A DNA stretch of 64,000 nt, taken from Gammaproteobacteria bacterium (lineage in GTDB: Bacteria; Pseudomonadota; Gammaproteobacteria; JABCZS01). The notes beneath the pieces were generated by a model, which was given only the letters and a program-made list of their open reading frames with translations, ran no database searches and was not told the DNA's origin. The stretch covers positions 143,580 through 207,579 of the forward strand of contig JAJFKJ010000030.1 in NCBI GenBank assembly GCA_021773275.1. Direction: 5' to 3'. Both the position numbers and the translations under genes were made by a program. Below, one piece after another: positions 19,522-30,532 of this stretch (the stretch's first letter is position 1; each line of letters begins with the position of its first letter).

Positions 19522-20265
19522 TTACAGCGAGCGTGATGCATCTGGTTTCGCGTCAATCCATTGTCCTGTTACACCCTTGCTGTCAGGCCCCATTAAATAA
19601 AGATATTCATGCATTAACTGTTCGGCCTCTACCAAGTTTTCAGAAGACTCACCTGGAAAAGCAAGGCGACGTAGCTTGGTTTTAACTGCGCCTGGGTTAA
19701 TGCAATTGACACGAATATTTGAGTTATCTTCTAGTTCATCGGCAAGTGTTTGCATCAGTGCTTGTATGCCGGCCTTGGCAACAGCATAGGCACCCCAGTA
19801 AGCACGCGCTTGCTTACCAATTTCATCGCCAGTAAATAAAACACTCGCATCGGGCGATAACTTTAATGAAGGAAGCAAGGCTTTGGTTAATAAAAATGGT
19901 GCGTTTAAGTTTATTTGTAATACGTCATACCATTGCCTTACATCGTAATTTGAAAGCGGTGTCAAAGAGCCCAGGGAAGCAGCATTGTGCAAGATGCCAT
20001 CTAAACGGCCCAAACTATGCTCGATAGTTTCATGTAGTTTTTCATACTCTTCTACATTCGCGCCTTTTAAATCCATGGGGACAATAGCAGGCGTTGGTGC
20101 TCCCATTGCTTCGATTGCATCGTACGTTTTTTCAAGATTTTGTGGTGTTCTGCCGAGCAAAATAACAGTTGCACCCTGTTGCGCAAACGTTTTAGCAGCA
20201 ACGGCGCCTATGCCATCGCCAGCACCAGTGACAAGGATAACGCGGTCTTGTAAAGAATTATTCAT
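19522..20265 (-). CDS. Short-chain dehydrogenase/reductase (YciK-like)
   Basis: VILVTGAGDGIGAVAAKTFA (TGxxxGxG), NNAAS and YxxxK (YAVAKAG) motifs. Confidence 0.85.
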   Translation of the reverse strand: MNNSLQDRVILVTGAGDGIGAVAAKTFAQQGATVILLGRTPQNLEKTYDAIEAMGAPTPAIVPMDLKGANVEEYEKLHETIEHSLGRLDGILHNAASLGSLTPLSNYDVRQWYDVLQINLNAPFLLTKALLPSLKLSPDASVLFTGDEIGKQARAYWGAYAVAKAGIQALMQTLADELEDNSNIRVNCINPGAVKTKLRRLAFPGESSENLVEAEQLMHEYLYLMGPDSKGVTGQWIDAKPDASRSL

Positions 20266-21048
20266 TTAGCACCTGAATCGGTAGTAGTAACTGTAAAATA
20301 ATTTGGCCAAAGGTGTTAAGTCGATATGCTGTTTTAACACAGCCATCGGGTCCTTCGCCAACAAGCTTAATAGTTCGGAGTATATCATAGTCATCACGCG
20401 GATAGAGCTTAGCGTTTTGGGCAGTTTATCCAAATCTACTGGCATTGCTGCTCGCGTATCAGCAATGAAACTTTGCAGACAAGCTAGCGATTCTGCTTGT
20501 GCTTGCTGCAGCTGCCATAGTTCACAACTTGTGTGAGTGCGGGTTTGTTCTGGTATGTAATGTAGAAACCGTTGGCTTTCACCAAGTTGCTGCAGTATGC
20601 GTACGCGTTCGATAAAACATGCCACTTGTTGTAGCAATTTTGTTGCAGGTTCATGGGTGTCGAGCACGCAGGCATATAGCTTTAATAGGCTGCCTAGTTT
20701 TTTTTCAGCATAACGGTTTAAATCTTGATTGTTAAAATACAAAACTCTATCGATATCCATTTCTATAGTGGTAAAGATATCTTGCCAATAAGCTTCGGGC
20801 AGCTCATAGTTCACGAATGTGTTTTGTAATGCTTTTACCGCAGGCAACTGCGGTGCGCCATGGTAGGCCGCATGGACGTCTTGTTGCCACAGTTGCAAAG
20901 TTTGCCTTGAAACCATCGCTTCATCGCTTTTGTAGGGAATGCGGGCGAGCTCATCAAAAAGCGTATAAATAACATCAAGCGCTTGAAAGCGCTTATAATT
21001 TTGTGTTCGCAAGCTGTAATATTCTATCGTTGGGCGTTGTAAATTCAT
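20266..21048 (-). CDS. Squalene/phytoene-synthase-family protein (HpnC/D-like), 260 aa
   Basis: Pattern LQLWQQDV..GAPQLPAVKAL..LPEAYWQDIFTTIEMDIDRV..YACVL resembles the conserved core of the trans-isoprenyl diphosphate synthase head-to-head family. The Asp-rich motifs look degenerate. Confidence 0.45.
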   Translation of the reverse strand: MNLQRPTIEYYSLRTQNYKRFQALDVIYTLFDELARIPYKSDEAMVSRQTLQLWQQDVHAAYHGAPQLPAVKALQNTFVNYELPEAYWQDIFTTIEMDIDRVLYFNNQDLNRYAEKKLGSLLKLYACVLDTHEPATKLLQQVACFIERVRILQQLGESQRFLHYIPEQTRTHTSCELWQLQQAQAESLACLQSFIADTRAAMPVDLDKLPKTLSSIRVMTMIYSELLSLLAKDPMAVLKQHIDLTPLAKLFYSYYYRFRC

Positions 21049-21065
21049 GATAGGATTCTATAATA

Positions 21066-21548
21066 ATGCAGACAACAAAGGAAGCGGAAATGAGTTACGT
21101 AGAAAACACCATGATGTCGGATGAAATTTTAGTCTTGCAAGGCAAGGTACATTGGATCATTTTCATGCCGACTTTGAGCTTATTTGTTATTGCTAGCGTA
21201 TTGTATTACGCATTAGATCAGTTGCTTTTGTCCTTTGTGATTACCTGCTTTGCCTTTATGGCTGCATTTCGTGCCCTTATCTATTATTTCACGACGGAAT
21301 TGGCAGTCACGGATCGTCGTGTATTGGCTAAATTCGGTTGGATCCGACGTTCCACCTATGAGCTCAATTTAGCCCGGGTAACTGGTTTAAATGTAGAGCA
21401 ATCTGTAATGGGTCGGGTCTTAAATTACGGTAATGTCGTTGTGCGTGGTATGGGTGGTGATATGACGCCGATCCCTGCTATTAACGATCCGATTGCTTTT
21501 CGACACCAAGTATTGGGTGAGGTCGAGGGGCGTGAGCGCCAAATTTAA
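21066..21548 (+). CDS. Membrane protein with bacterial PH (bPH_2/YdbS-like) domain, 160 aa
   Basis: Two TM helices followed by a ~80-aa domain whose pattern is consistent with bPH_2. Confidence 0.45.
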   Translation: MQTTKEAEMSYVENTMMSDEILVLQGKVHWIIFMPTLSLFVIASVLYYALDQLLLSFVITCFAFMAAFRALIYYFTTELAVTDRRVLAKFGWIRRSTYELNLARVTGLNVEQSVMGRVLNYGNVVVRGMGGDMTPIPAINDPIAFRHQVLGEVEGRERQI

Positions 21549-21551
21549 AGG

Positions 21552-22250
21552 TTACTTGCTGGCTGTGAGCAGATAATTTACCCAAGTTTTGCCACCCAGC
21601 GTGAATTGCTCACGTAGAGGGTTATATTGCATGCCCCGGATATCGTTGCTTTTCAGCCCATGATTTTCCAGCATGGCATCCAGTTCACTGGGCTTGATAA
21701 ATTCACGGTAGCTATGGGTCCCTTTTGGCAAGAGTTTTAACACATATTCTGCGCCTGCGATGCCCTGTATAAAAGCCATAGGGTGGCGGTTCAGGGTGGA
21801 GAATACAGCAGTGCCTCCTGGTTTTAATAGCTTGGCGCAGGCCGCGATGATGCTCTCAGGCTCAGGCACATGTTCGAGCATTTCCAGGCAGGTGAGGACA
21901 TCATACTGGGCCGGATGCTTTTTAGCATGGGCCTCAATGGTCTCACCTAGATAAGTGATTGCCAGTGATGCATCTTCGGCGTGCTGCTGTGCCACTTTAC
22001 GTACTTTATCGGCCAGTTCTAGGCCGGTCACCATGGCACCGCCTTTGCTCATCGCTTCTGCTAACAGGCCGCCACCGCAGCCGACATCCAGCACCTGCTT
22101 ATCAGTGAGTGATACCTGCTCCTGTATATACCGATAGCGCAGCGGGTTCAGCAGATGCAGAGGTTTGCAGGGGCCAGCAGGGTCCCACCAGTGCTGGGCC
22201 ATTGCATCAAATTTATCGAGTTCATGTTGCGCGACGTTATGATATTCCAT
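21552..22250 (-). CDS. ubiG: Ubiquinone biosynthesis O-methyltransferase
   Basis: SAM-binding [13 protein letters not shown]. The homologous N-terminus starts at the internal Met ([15 protein letters not shown]..), so the ORF-track start at 22322 is likely too long. Divergent from gyrA, as in E. coli. Confidence 0.85.
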   Translation of the reverse strand: MEYHNVAQHELDKFDAMAQHWWDPAGPCKPLHLLNPLRYRYIQEQVSLTDKQVLDVGCGGGLLAEAMSKGGAMVTGLELADKVRKVAQQHAEDASLAITYLGETIEAHAKKHPAQYDVLTCLEMLEHVPEPESIIAACAKLLKPGGTAVFSTLNRHPMAFIQGIAGAEYVLKLLPKGTHSYREFIKPSELDAMLENHGLKSNDIRGMQYNPLREQFTLGGKTWVNYLLTASK

Positions 22251-22305
22251 GCCGCATTGTACCCCAAAATGTGGTAAAATATCCCTTACATATAGAGGAT
22301 TTAAC

Positions 22306-24855
22306 ATGGCCGAATTCGCCAAACAAATATACCCAGTTAATATAGAAGACGAACTAAAGCAGTCTTATCTTGATTACGCAATGAGCGTGATTATTGGCCG
22401 CGCACTGCCTGATGTACGCGATGGCCTCAAGCCGGTGCATCGACGCGTGTTGTTTGCGATGCATGAGCTCAGCAATGATTGGAATAAACCGTATAAAAAA
22501 TCTGCACGTATCGTCGGTGACGTTATTGGTAAATATCATCCGCACGGTGATACAGCCGTATACGACACGATAGTACGTATGGCACAGCCATTTTCGCTGC
22601 GTTATATGCTTGTCGATGGCCAGGGTAACTTTGGTTCAGTCGATGGCGATTCACCTGCTGCAATGCGATATACTGAAATTCGCATGAGCAAAATGGCGCA
22701 TGCTTTATTGGCCGATCTTGAAAAAGACACGGTAGAGTTTTCACTGAACTACGATGAAACTGAGAAAATACCCAATGTTTTGCCGACACGGGTTCCGAAC
22801 TTATTAATCAATGGTTCAGCAGGTATCGCTGTGGGTATGGCGACAAATATTCCGCCGCACAACCTCAATGAAGTTGTTAATGCTTGTATCGCATTGATTG
22901 CAAACCCAGCACTCAGTTTTGAAGAGCTGCTTGAGTACATACCAGGCCCTGATTTTCCGACGCACGGTATTATCAACGGTAAAGCTGGCATCATTCAAGC
23001 TTATAAAACAGGCCGTGGCCGCATTTTGATCCGTGCCCGCGCTAAAATAGAAGTTGATGAAAAAGGTAAGCAAACGATCGTCGTTCATGAATTGCCGTAT
23101 CAGGTTAATAAAGCACGGTTAATTGAAAAAATTGCCGATTTAGTGCGTGACCGTAAAGTGGAAGGCATCAGTGCGCTACGCGATGAGTCTGACAAAGATG
23201 GTATGCGTATGGTGGTTGAAGTTAAGCGCGGTGAAAATGCGGAAGTATTGCTAAACAATTTATACGCACAAACACAGCTGCAAGTTGTCTTTGGCATTAA
23301 CATGGTAGCGCTTGAGGGCGGCCAGCCAAAAATCCTTAACTTGAAATCTATTTTAGAAGCGTTTGTTCGTCATCGTCGCGAAGTTGTAACACGCCGCACA
23401 ATATTTGAATTAGCAAAAGCCAAAGAAAGGGCGCATCTTTTAGAGGGTTTGGCTGTAGCCTTAACAAACATCGACCCAGTGATTGCCTTAATTAAAGGGT
23501 CAAAAAACCCGAAAGATGCTAAACAAGCCTTGTTAGATACACAATGGTCTGCAGGCGAAGTCATGCGTTATTTAGAAAAAGCAGGTTTAGACCAAACACG
23601 CCCTGAAGGTTTACCAAAGCATTTTGGTATTCAAGGCACGAGCTATCAGTTGTCCGCCGAGCAAGCGCAAGCTATTCTTGATTTAAAATTGCACCGTTTG
23701 ACAGGTCTTGAGCAAGACAAAATCATCGAAGAGTATCATAAGCTTGTCGAAGAAATTAAAGCTCTACTGGATATTTTGCAAGACGCTGATCGTCTCTTGA
23801 CTGTTATTAAAGATGAGCTGCTCGAAATCAAAGAGCAATTCGGCGACGCGCGTCGTACAGAAATCATTTCAAGCCAACAAGATTTAGACGTTGAAGATTT
23901 AATTACCGATGAAACGGTTGTTGTCACGATGTCCGGTGAAGGTTACGTGAAATACCAAGCGCTGGATGTCTATTCTTCACAACGTCGTGGTGGTCGCGGT
24001 AAATCTGCAACCGATGTTAAAACAGAAGATATGATCGAGCATCTATGTGTTTGTAACACCCATGACACCTTGTTGTGTTTCTCAAGCTTGGGCAAGGCGT
24101 ATTGGTTGAAAACATACCAATTACCACAAGCCTCGCGTGCATCGCGTGGTAAGCCGATCGTGAATTTGCTACCGTTAGCTGCTGAAGAGCGCATTAATGC
24201 CATGTTGCCGATTCGTGAGTTCGACCAAAATCATTATATCGTGATGGCAACTTCGCAAGGTATTATCAAGAAAACTTCACTTGCTAATTTTGCACGACCA
24301 CGCTCTAGCGGTTTGATAGCCTGTGATTTGCAAACTGGTGACCAGTTGGTTTCTGTGTCAGTTACCAACGGCGAACAAGATATCATGTTATTCACTTCGC
24401 AGGGCAAGGCAATCCGTTTCAAAGAAGATGACGTGCGAGAAATGGGGCGAACAGCCCGTGGTGTGCGTGGTATTAAATTGCCTGTTGATGCGCATCTTAT
24501 TGCCATGATGGTTCCAGATGAAGGCATGGCTGTATTGATGGGTACAGAAAAAGGTTTTGGTAAACGTACACCAGCAGATGATTTCCCAGTACAAGGCCGC
24601 GGCGGCCAAGGTGTTATTGGTATTCAAACCAATGGCCGCAATGGTGAAGTTGTTGCTGTGGTGCCGGTGCATGAAAACGATGAAGCGATGCTGATCACAG
24701 ATAAAGGCACCCTGGTACGCACGCCTGTTGAAGAAATTTCGCTAATTGGTCGTAATACGCAAGGTGTGCGTTTGATTAATTTAACAAATGGTGAAAAACT
24801 AACCGCTATTCAGCGTGTACAAGAGATCAATCAAGAAATCAATGAGGAAGATTGA
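22306..24855 (+). CDS. gyrA: DNA gyrase subunit A
   Basis: [57 protein letters not shown].., a close match to the GyrA N-terminus. The upstream in-frame extension of the ORF overlaps ubiG and is not used. Confidence 0.95.
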   Translation: MAEFAKQIYPVNIEDELKQSYLDYAMSVIIGRALPDVRDGLKPVHRRVLFAMHELSNDWNKPYKKSARIVGDVIGKYHPHGDTAVYDTIVRMAQPFSLRYMLVDGQGNFGSVDGDSPAAMRYTEIRMSKMAHALLADLEKDTVEFSLNYDETEKIPNVLPTRVPNLLINGSAGIAVGMATNIPPHNLNEVVNACIALIANPALSFEELLEYIPGPDFPTHGIINGKAGIIQAYKTGRGRILIRARAKIEVDEKGKQTIVVHELPYQVNKARLIEKIADLVRDRKVEGISALRDESDKDGMRMVVEVKRGENAEVLLNNLYAQTQLQVVFGINMVALEGGQPKILNLKSILEAFVRHRREVVTRRTIFELAKAKERAHLLEGLAVALTNIDPVIALIKGSKNPKDAKQALLDTQWSAGEVMRYLEKAGLDQTRPEGLPKHFGIQGTSYQLSAEQAQAILDLKLHRLTGLEQDKIIEEYHKLVEEIKALLDILQDADRLLTVIKDELLEIKEQFGDARRTEIISSQQDLDVEDLITDETVVVTMSGEGYVKYQALDVYSSQRRGGRGKSATDVKTEDMIEHLCVCNTHDTLLCFSSLGKAYWLKTYQLPQASRASRGKPIVNLLPLAAEERINAMLPIREFDQNHYIVMATSQGIIKKTSLANFARPRSSGLIACDLQTGDQLVSVSVTNGEQDIMLFTSQGKAIRFKEDDVREMGRTARGVRGIKLPVDAHLIAMMVPDEGMAVLMGTEKGFGKRTPADDFPVQGRGGQGVIGIQTNGRNGEVVAVVPVHENDEAMLITDKGTLVRTPVEEISLIGRNTQGVRLINLTNGEKLTAIQRVQEINQEINEED

Positions 24856-24857
24856 AG

Positions 24858-25934
24858 ATGACGCGTCCCTATAATTTTTCAGCTGGCCCAGCAATGTTAC
24901 CTGAGGCTGTAATGCAAACTATTCAAAGTGAACTGCTAGATTGGCATAATGGCATGTCCGTTATGGAAATGAGCCATCGTAGTGATGCCTTTATTGCAAT
25001 AGCTGAAAATAGTGAAAAAACTTTGCGTGAGTTAATGGCTATTCCAGATAACTATGCTGTATTGTTCATGCAAGGTGGTGCGACGGGTCAGTTTGCAAGT
25101 GTACCAATGAATTTGTTACGTGGTAAAAATAAAGCCGACTATGTAGTGACGGGTATTTGGTCCAAAAAAGCGGCTGCTGAAGCAAAGCAATATTGCGAAG
25201 CTAAAGTGGTTGCTGACGGCAGTGAAGGTGGCTTTACGAAGATTCCAGAGTTTTCTTCCTGGAATTTAAACAACGATGCTGCTTATTTACATTATGTGCC
25301 GAATGAAACGGTTAACGGCCTGGAATTTTCTTGGACGCCAGAAGTAAATGTGCCACTGGTTGCAGACATGTCTTCATGCATATTATCGCAAGAATATGAT
25401 GTCTCTAAGTTCGGTTTGATTTATGCAGGTGCGCAGAAAAACCTTGGTCCATCAGGTCTAGCCGTAGTTATCGTGCGTAAAGATTTACTAGGTGGTGCGC
25501 TTAAAGATACACCTAGCATCTTAAACTATAAAAACTTTGCCGACAGCGGCTCAGTTTATAATACACCGCCAACTTTTTCTTGGTATGTGTGCAACTTGGT
25601 ATTTGAATGGGTCAAGGCACAAGGCGGCGTTGCCAAAGTGGCAGAAATTAACAAACAAAAATCCGAATTATTGTATAACGCTATTGACGGCTCTAATTTT
25701 TACAGTAGTCCAGTCAATAAAGCAGACCGTTCACGCATGAATATCCCCTTTTTATTGGCTGATGACAGTTTGGATAAAAAGTTTTTAGAGCAAGCTGCGC
25801 AGCGCAATTTGCAGCAGCTCGGCGGTCATCGTAGTGTTGGCGGAATGCGCGCTAGCATCTACAATGCTATGCCGTTAGAAGGTGTGCAGGCTCTGGTGAG
25901 CTTCATGCAAGATTTTGCTAAAGAAAATGGCTGA
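24858..25934 (+). CDS. serC: Phosphoserine aminotransferase
   Basis: NFSAGPAMLPEAVM, the PLP lysine region and the GGxRASIYNAMP C-terminus. Confidence 0.9.
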   Translation: MTRPYNFSAGPAMLPEAVMQTIQSELLDWHNGMSVMEMSHRSDAFIAIAENSEKTLRELMAIPDNYAVLFMQGGATGQFASVPMNLLRGKNKADYVVTGIWSKKAAAEAKQYCEAKVVADGSEGGFTKIPEFSSWNLNNDAAYLHYVPNETVNGLEFSWTPEVNVPLVADMSSCILSQEYDVSKFGLIYAGAQKNLGPSGLAVVIVRKDLLGGALKDTPSILNYKNFADSGSVYNTPPTFSWYVCNLVFEWVKAQGGVAKVAEINKQKSELLYNAIDGSNFYSSPVNKADRSRMNIPFLLADDSLDKKFLEQAAQRNLQQLGGHRSVGGMRASIYNAMPLEGVQALVSFMQDFAKENG

Positions 25935-27201
25935 CCTTAGTTTCGCTCCGCGCATGCATCTACAATGCAAAGTCGATCTTCCTGCTGATAAATCTATTTT
26001 ACATCGTGCTTTGATAATTAATGCGATGGCTGAAGGTGAGGCTGTCATCACCGCCAACAATTACGGTAATGATAATGGTTCTACGATAAGCGCACTACAG
26101 TCTTTAGGTGTACCCATTGCAATAGAAAAACACACTATTTGCATTCAAGGTGTTGGCCGGCAGGGTTTTAAGCAAGCGGAAAGCACAATTGATTGCGGTA
26201 ATTCTGGTACGACCATGCGTTTGCTAAGTGGTGTGCTTGCTGCACAAAACTTCACGAGTAAACTTATTGGTGATGCTTCATTGCAGCAGCGGCCCATGCA
26301 ACGTATTGTTACGCCATTGCAAGCCATGGGTGCCAAGATTGATACAGCAAATGGTTGCGCCCCATTAATTATCCAAGGTGCACATTTAAAGCCCTTGCAC
26401 TATGATCTACCTGTTGCCAGTGCGCAGGTGAAATCAGCTTTGCTTTTGGCTGGTTTGGCGAGTGCACAGACAGTCTCGTTAATTGAGCCGCAAGTAACGC
26501 GCGACCATACCGAACGGTTATTACAAGCAATGAAAATACCGCTGACCGTTAATCAACAGACAATAACTTTGGAACCGTATAGTGAGGCAATAAAAGCGCT
26601 GGATGTTAATGTGCCTGGAGATTTTTCAGCTGCAGCTTTTTTTATAACAGCAGCGTGCCTAGCACAGCGTGCCGATGTGAGTATACCTAAGGTGAGCATT
26701 AACCCCGCGCGAACAGGCTTGTTACGCTATTTAGTATTAATGGGTGTACCTGTAAAAATGAGTAATCAACAGTGGTATGGTCATGAACCTGTTGCAGACA
26801 TCCATATTAAAACAGTAAAACGCCTCAATGCTGTGCAAGTTCGGCCGGAGCACATACCTAGCTTAATCGATGAATTGCCGTTATTGTTTTTGTTGGCGGC
26901 AAAGGCGCAGGGTACGACGATCATACCCAATATTGGTGAGCTGCAATATAAAGAATGCGATCGTTTAAAAGCTATGATGTCTTATTTGCGAGCTATGGGT
27001 GTTGCAGTAACACTAGATGATGATAAGATTGCAATTACGGGTGTTGATGCCTTACGAGGCGGTGAATTTGATTGCTTGCAGGACCATCGCATGGCTATGA
27101 CCTTGGCTGTCGCTAGTTTTGCGACCACCGAAACTGTGCATGTGAAGCAGGGAGACTGTTATAAGGTTTCTTTCCCGAATTTTTTACAGGCGATAAGCTA
27201 A
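25927..27201 (+). CDS. aroA: 3-phosphoshikimate 1-carboxyvinyltransferase (EPSP synthase)
   Basis: LPADKSILHRALIINAMAEG and EPSPS glycine-rich loops. The start is ambiguous: 25915, 25927 or 25954. Overlaps the serC stop. Confidence 0.85.
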   Translation: MADLSFAPRMHLQCKVDLPADKSILHRALIINAMAEGEAVITANNYGNDNGSTISALQSLGVPIAIEKHTICIQGVGRQGFKQAESTIDCGNSGTTMRLLSGVLAAQNFTSKLIGDASLQQRPMQRIVTPLQAMGAKIDTANGCAPLIIQGAHLKPLHYDLPVASAQVKSALLLAGLASAQTVSLIEPQVTRDHTERLLQAMKIPLTVNQQTITLEPYSEAIKALDVNVPGDFSAAAFFITAACLAQRADVSIPKVSINPARTGLLRYLVLMGVPVKMSNQQWYGHEPVADIHIKTVKRLNAVQVRPEHIPSLIDELPLLFLLAAKAQGTTIIPNIGELQYKECDRLKAMMSYLRAMGVAVTLDDDKIAITGVDALRGGEFDCLQDHRMAMTLAVASFATTETVHVKQGDCYKVSFPNFLQAIS

Positions 27202-27211
27202 AGGAGTAGAG

Positions 27212-27898
27212 ATGTCTAGCATACCCATTATTACCATCGATGGCCCCAGCGGGGCTGGCAAGGGGACGCTTGGGCGGATGCTAGCTGAAAACCTAGGCTA
27301 CCATTTTTTAGACAGTGGCGCCCTATACCGTGTGCTTGCTTATGCTACGGAGCAGCATGCCATGAGTACCAGTCAAGTCAGTGATATTTTAGTCTTGGCT
27401 GAGCATTTGGATGTGGCATTTCAGCTCGATGATCCGATTTTCCCTGCCAAAGTACTATTTGAAGGTGAGGACATCACCAAAGAACTGCGTACTGAGCTTG
27501 TGGGCGAGATGGCATCAAAGCTCGCAGTAGTACCGGAACTTAGAGAGGCCTTGTTAGCACGCCAGCGTGCTTTTGTCCAAACACCAGGTTTGGTGGCTGA
27601 TGGCCGTGATATGGGGACGGTGGTTTTCCCGCAGGCGCCAGTTAAAATCTTTCTTACAGCAAGCGCGGAAGAACGTGCAAAAAGGCGGCAAAAACAGTTG
27701 CAGGCGGCAGGTAAGGATGTTAAGCTGTCAAGCTTGCTGGAGGATATCCAGCGTCGCGATGAGCGTGATAGTCAACGGGTGGTTTCTCCTTTAGAGGCAG
27801 CCACTGATGCAGTTATTATTGACACCACGCAATTGGACATTAGCCATACCTTGGCTAGGATTCAAAAAGAAGTCGAGGCGCGAATATTACTAGCATAA
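27212..27898 (+). CDS. cmk: Cytidylate kinase
   Basis: IITIDGPSGAGKGT P-loop and LDSGALYR. Confidence 0.9.
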   Translation: MSSIPIITIDGPSGAGKGTLGRMLAENLGYHFLDSGALYRVLAYATEQHAMSTSQVSDILVLAEHLDVAFQLDDPIFPAKVLFEGEDITKELRTELVGEMASKLAVVPELREALLARQRAFVQTPGLVADGRDMGTVVFPQAPVKIFLTASAEERAKRRQKQLQAAGKDVKLSSLLEDIQRRDERDSQRVVSPLEAATDAVIIDTTQLDISHTLARIQKEVEARILLA

Positions 27899-27978
27899 TG
27901 GAGCCATAGCTCACCTTGAGCTGCGGTAGAGATTAACTTAACCCAGTGAATTTTTCGGTTCACTATCAGGATATTTTC

Positions 27979-29676
27979 ATGTCAGAAACTTTTATAGATT
28001 TATTTGAACAGCAAATTGCTAGTATGCCCATGTTACCGGGCGAGATTGTGCAAGGCACAGTCATTAAAATTAACCACGATTTTGTAATCATCGATGCAGG
28101 CTTAAAGTCTGAAGGCGTTGTGCCTATCGAACAATTCCAAAATGAAGACGGTGTTATTGAGATTGCAGTCGGTGATACTGTTGATGTCGCCTTAGATGCC
28201 GTTGAAGATGGCTTCGGTGAGACACGCCTATCACGTGAAAAAGCAAAGCGTGCTGAAGCATGGATAGTATTAGCTAAAGCTCATGAAGGCAATGAAATTA
28301 TCATGGGTGTAATCAATGGTAAAGTCAAAGGTGGCTTCACTGTTGATGTAAATGGTATTCGTGCCTTTTTACCAGGCTCACTTGTTGATGTGCGACCTGT
28401 GCGCGATACGACCGACCTAGAAGGTAAAGAATTAGAATTTAAGGTTATCAAGCTTGACCCTAAACGTAATAATGTTGTAGTTTCACGCCGTGCGGTTGTT
28501 GAAAACGATAACACTGCTGAGCGTCAGACTTTATTGGCAAATCTAGAAGAAGGCCAAAGCATTAAAGGTGTTGTGAAAAACCTAACCGATTATGGTGCCT
28601 TCGTTGACTTAGGCGGCATCGATGGTTTGTTACACATCACAGATATGTCTTGGAAGCGCGTTAAACACCCAAGCGAAGTTGTTGCTGTTGGTGACGAAGT
28701 TGAAGTGAGAGTCCTGAAATTTGATCGTGATCGTTCACGTGTATCTTTAGGTTTGAAGCAATTAGGCGAAGATCCTTGGGAAGTTGTAGTTAAGAGCTAC
28801 CCTGAAGGTACTAAATTAGTAGGTAAAGTTACGAATATTACAGATTACGGTTGCTTTGTTGAAATTGAAAATGGTGTTGAAGGTTTAGTGCATGTTTCTG
28901 AAATGGACTGGACTAACAAGAACATTCACCCGAGCAAAGTTGTGCAATTGGAACAACAAGTGGAAGTGGTAGTTCTAGATGTTGATCAAGAACGTCGCCG
29001 CATTTCATTGGGCATTAAGCAGTGCAGCAATAACCCATGGGAAAATTTTGCATCGCAATATAGCAAAAATGAAAAGGTTAAAGGTAATATTAAATCAATT
29101 ACAGACTTCGGTATTTTTGTTGGCTTAGATGGCAACATCGATGGTCTTGTGCACTTGTCAGATATTTCTTGGCATGAAACTGGCGAAGATGCGATTCGCA
29201 ACTTCAAGAAAGGTGATGAAATTGAAGCCGTTATCCTGGGTGTTGATGCTGAGCGTGAGCGCATCTCTCTAGGTATCAAACAGCTAGACCAAGATCCTTG
29301 TGCGAACTTCATCGCTGAGAACGAAAAAGGCAGCATTGTGACAGGTAAAGTACTAAGCGTTGATGCTAAAGGTGCCATCATTGATCTAGGCAATGGCCTT
29401 GAAGGTCACCTGCGCGCTTCTGAAATATCACGTGATCGCATTGAAGATGCACGCTCGCATCTGCAAGAAGGCGAAGAAGTTGAAGCGAAGTTCATTGGTT
29501 TTGACCGCAAAAACCGAGTCATTAATTTGTCGATTAAGGCAAAAGACTCTCAAGACGAAGCTGAAGCCATGGAACAGTTGGAGCGAAATAACGCAGGAAC
29601 TGTCAGCCTAGGTTCTAAGCTTGGTGATTTGCTGAAAGAGAAAATTGGCGGCGGTAAGAAGGACGATTCTGAATAG
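27979..29676 (+). CDS. rpsA: 30S ribosomal protein S1
   Basis: Six S1 domains. Start chosen at [11 protein letters not shown], matching the E. coli S1 N-terminus (MTESFAQLFEE); the ORF track began 11 codons upstream. Confidence 0.95.
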   Translation: MSETFIDLFEQQIASMPMLPGEIVQGTVIKINHDFVIIDAGLKSEGVVPIEQFQNEDGVIEIAVGDTVDVALDAVEDGFGETRLSREKAKRAEAWIVLAKAHEGNEIIMGVINGKVKGGFTVDVNGIRAFLPGSLVDVRPVRDTTDLEGKELEFKVIKLDPKRNNVVVSRRAVVENDNTAERQTLLANLEEGQSIKGVVKNLTDYGAFVDLGGIDGLLHITDMSWKRVKHPSEVVAVGDEVEVRVLKFDRDRSRVSLGLKQLGEDPWEVVVKSYPEGTKLVGKVTNITDYGCFVEIENGVEGLVHVSEMDWTNKNIHPSKVVQLEQQVEVVVLDVDQERRRISLGIKQCSNNPWENFASQYSKNEKVKGNIKSITDFGIFVGLDGNIDGLVHLSDISWHETGEDAIRNFKKGDEIEAVILGVDAERERISLGIKQLDQDPCANFIAENEKGSIVTGKVLSVDAKGAIIDLGNGLEGHLRASEISRDRIEDARSHLQEGEEVEAKFIGFDRKNRVINLSIKAKDSQDEAEAMEQLERNNAGTVSLGSKLGDLLKEKIGGGKKDDSE

Positions 29677-29831
29677 TACCGCGCTCCTTGAATCGTTAGA
29701 GCCTGTGTCCATGAGATGCCTTATTTAGGCAAGGGACAGGTTCTAACAGGTTCTTTTAATTCAATATTGTGTCATTTCCAAGTTTTGGTGCTACAATTAA
29801 TTTATGTGCCAAATAACAACAGGATAGAAAG

Positions 29832-30155
29832 ATGACAAAGTCAGAGCTTATTGAGCGTATCGCTAGCAAGCAATCGCATCTACCCATGAAAGATGTTGAA
29901 TTGGCTGTAAAAGCTGTTCTAGATTATATGACTACAGCGATGGCCGAAGGCAAGCGTATCGAAATCCGTGGTTTCGGGAGCTTCTCTTTGCATTATCGTG
30001 CGGCACGTTTAGCACGTAACCCCAAAACAGGTGGTTCTGTGCGTCTATCTGACAAATATGTTCCTCATTTCAAAGCCGGCAAAGAGATGCGTGATCGCGT
30101 AAATGCCTCACGTGAGCAGGTCAACATTAAACAGACAGCATCTGAAGAAGACTAG
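29832..30155 (+). CDS. ihfB: Integration host factor subunit beta
   Basis: [11 protein letters not shown]...[21 protein letters not shown]. Confidence 0.9.
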   Translation: MTKSELIERIASKQSHLPMKDVELAVKAVLDYMTTAMAEGKRIEIRGFGSFSLHYRAARLARNPKTGGSVRLSDKYVPHFKAGKEMRDRVNASREQVNIKQTASEED

Positions 30156-30241
30156 AGCCCCGCTACACAGCAAATAAAGACTGCCTTAACGAAAACTGAT
30201 ACAATATTTCAGGGAATTCATATACTCTGAGGAACCGAATT

Positions 30242-30532
30242 ATGCGAATTATATCAACAACGCTACTGCTCCTAATATGCATTATTGTGGTGGTATTTGC
30301 TTTGCTCAATGCGGGGACTGTGAATGTCCATTATCTTTTTGGCGATACACGCTTACCATTGTCCCTGTTACTACTGATTGTCTTGGTAGTAGGGGCTTTT
30401 ACCGGTTGGTTGAGTGGTATGCGAATGTTGCTAGGTAACCGCATGCAGACCCATGATTTGAACAAAAAAGTTAAGACCCTGCAAAAAGAATTAGATAATT
30501 TGCGTGCTATGCCAGTGAAGGATAACCGCTAA
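30242..30532 (+). CDS. lapA: Lipopolysaccharide assembly protein A (YciS)
   Basis: 96-aa, two-TM protein with the DUF1049 pattern, directly upstream of and coupled to lapB. Confidence 0.7.
   Translation: MRIISTTLLLLICIIVVVFALLNAGTVNVHYLFGDTRLPLSLLLLIVLVVGAFTGWLSGMRMLLGNRMQTHDLNKKVKTLQKELDNLRAMPVKDNR

Noticed and set aside
22249-22305. N-terminal extension of the gyrA ORF ([19 protein letters not shown]) overlapping ubiG.
   Set aside because: Homology to GyrA begins at MAEFAKQ. The extension overlaps the divergently encoded ubiG start and is an artefact of ORF calling from the first in-frame ATG.
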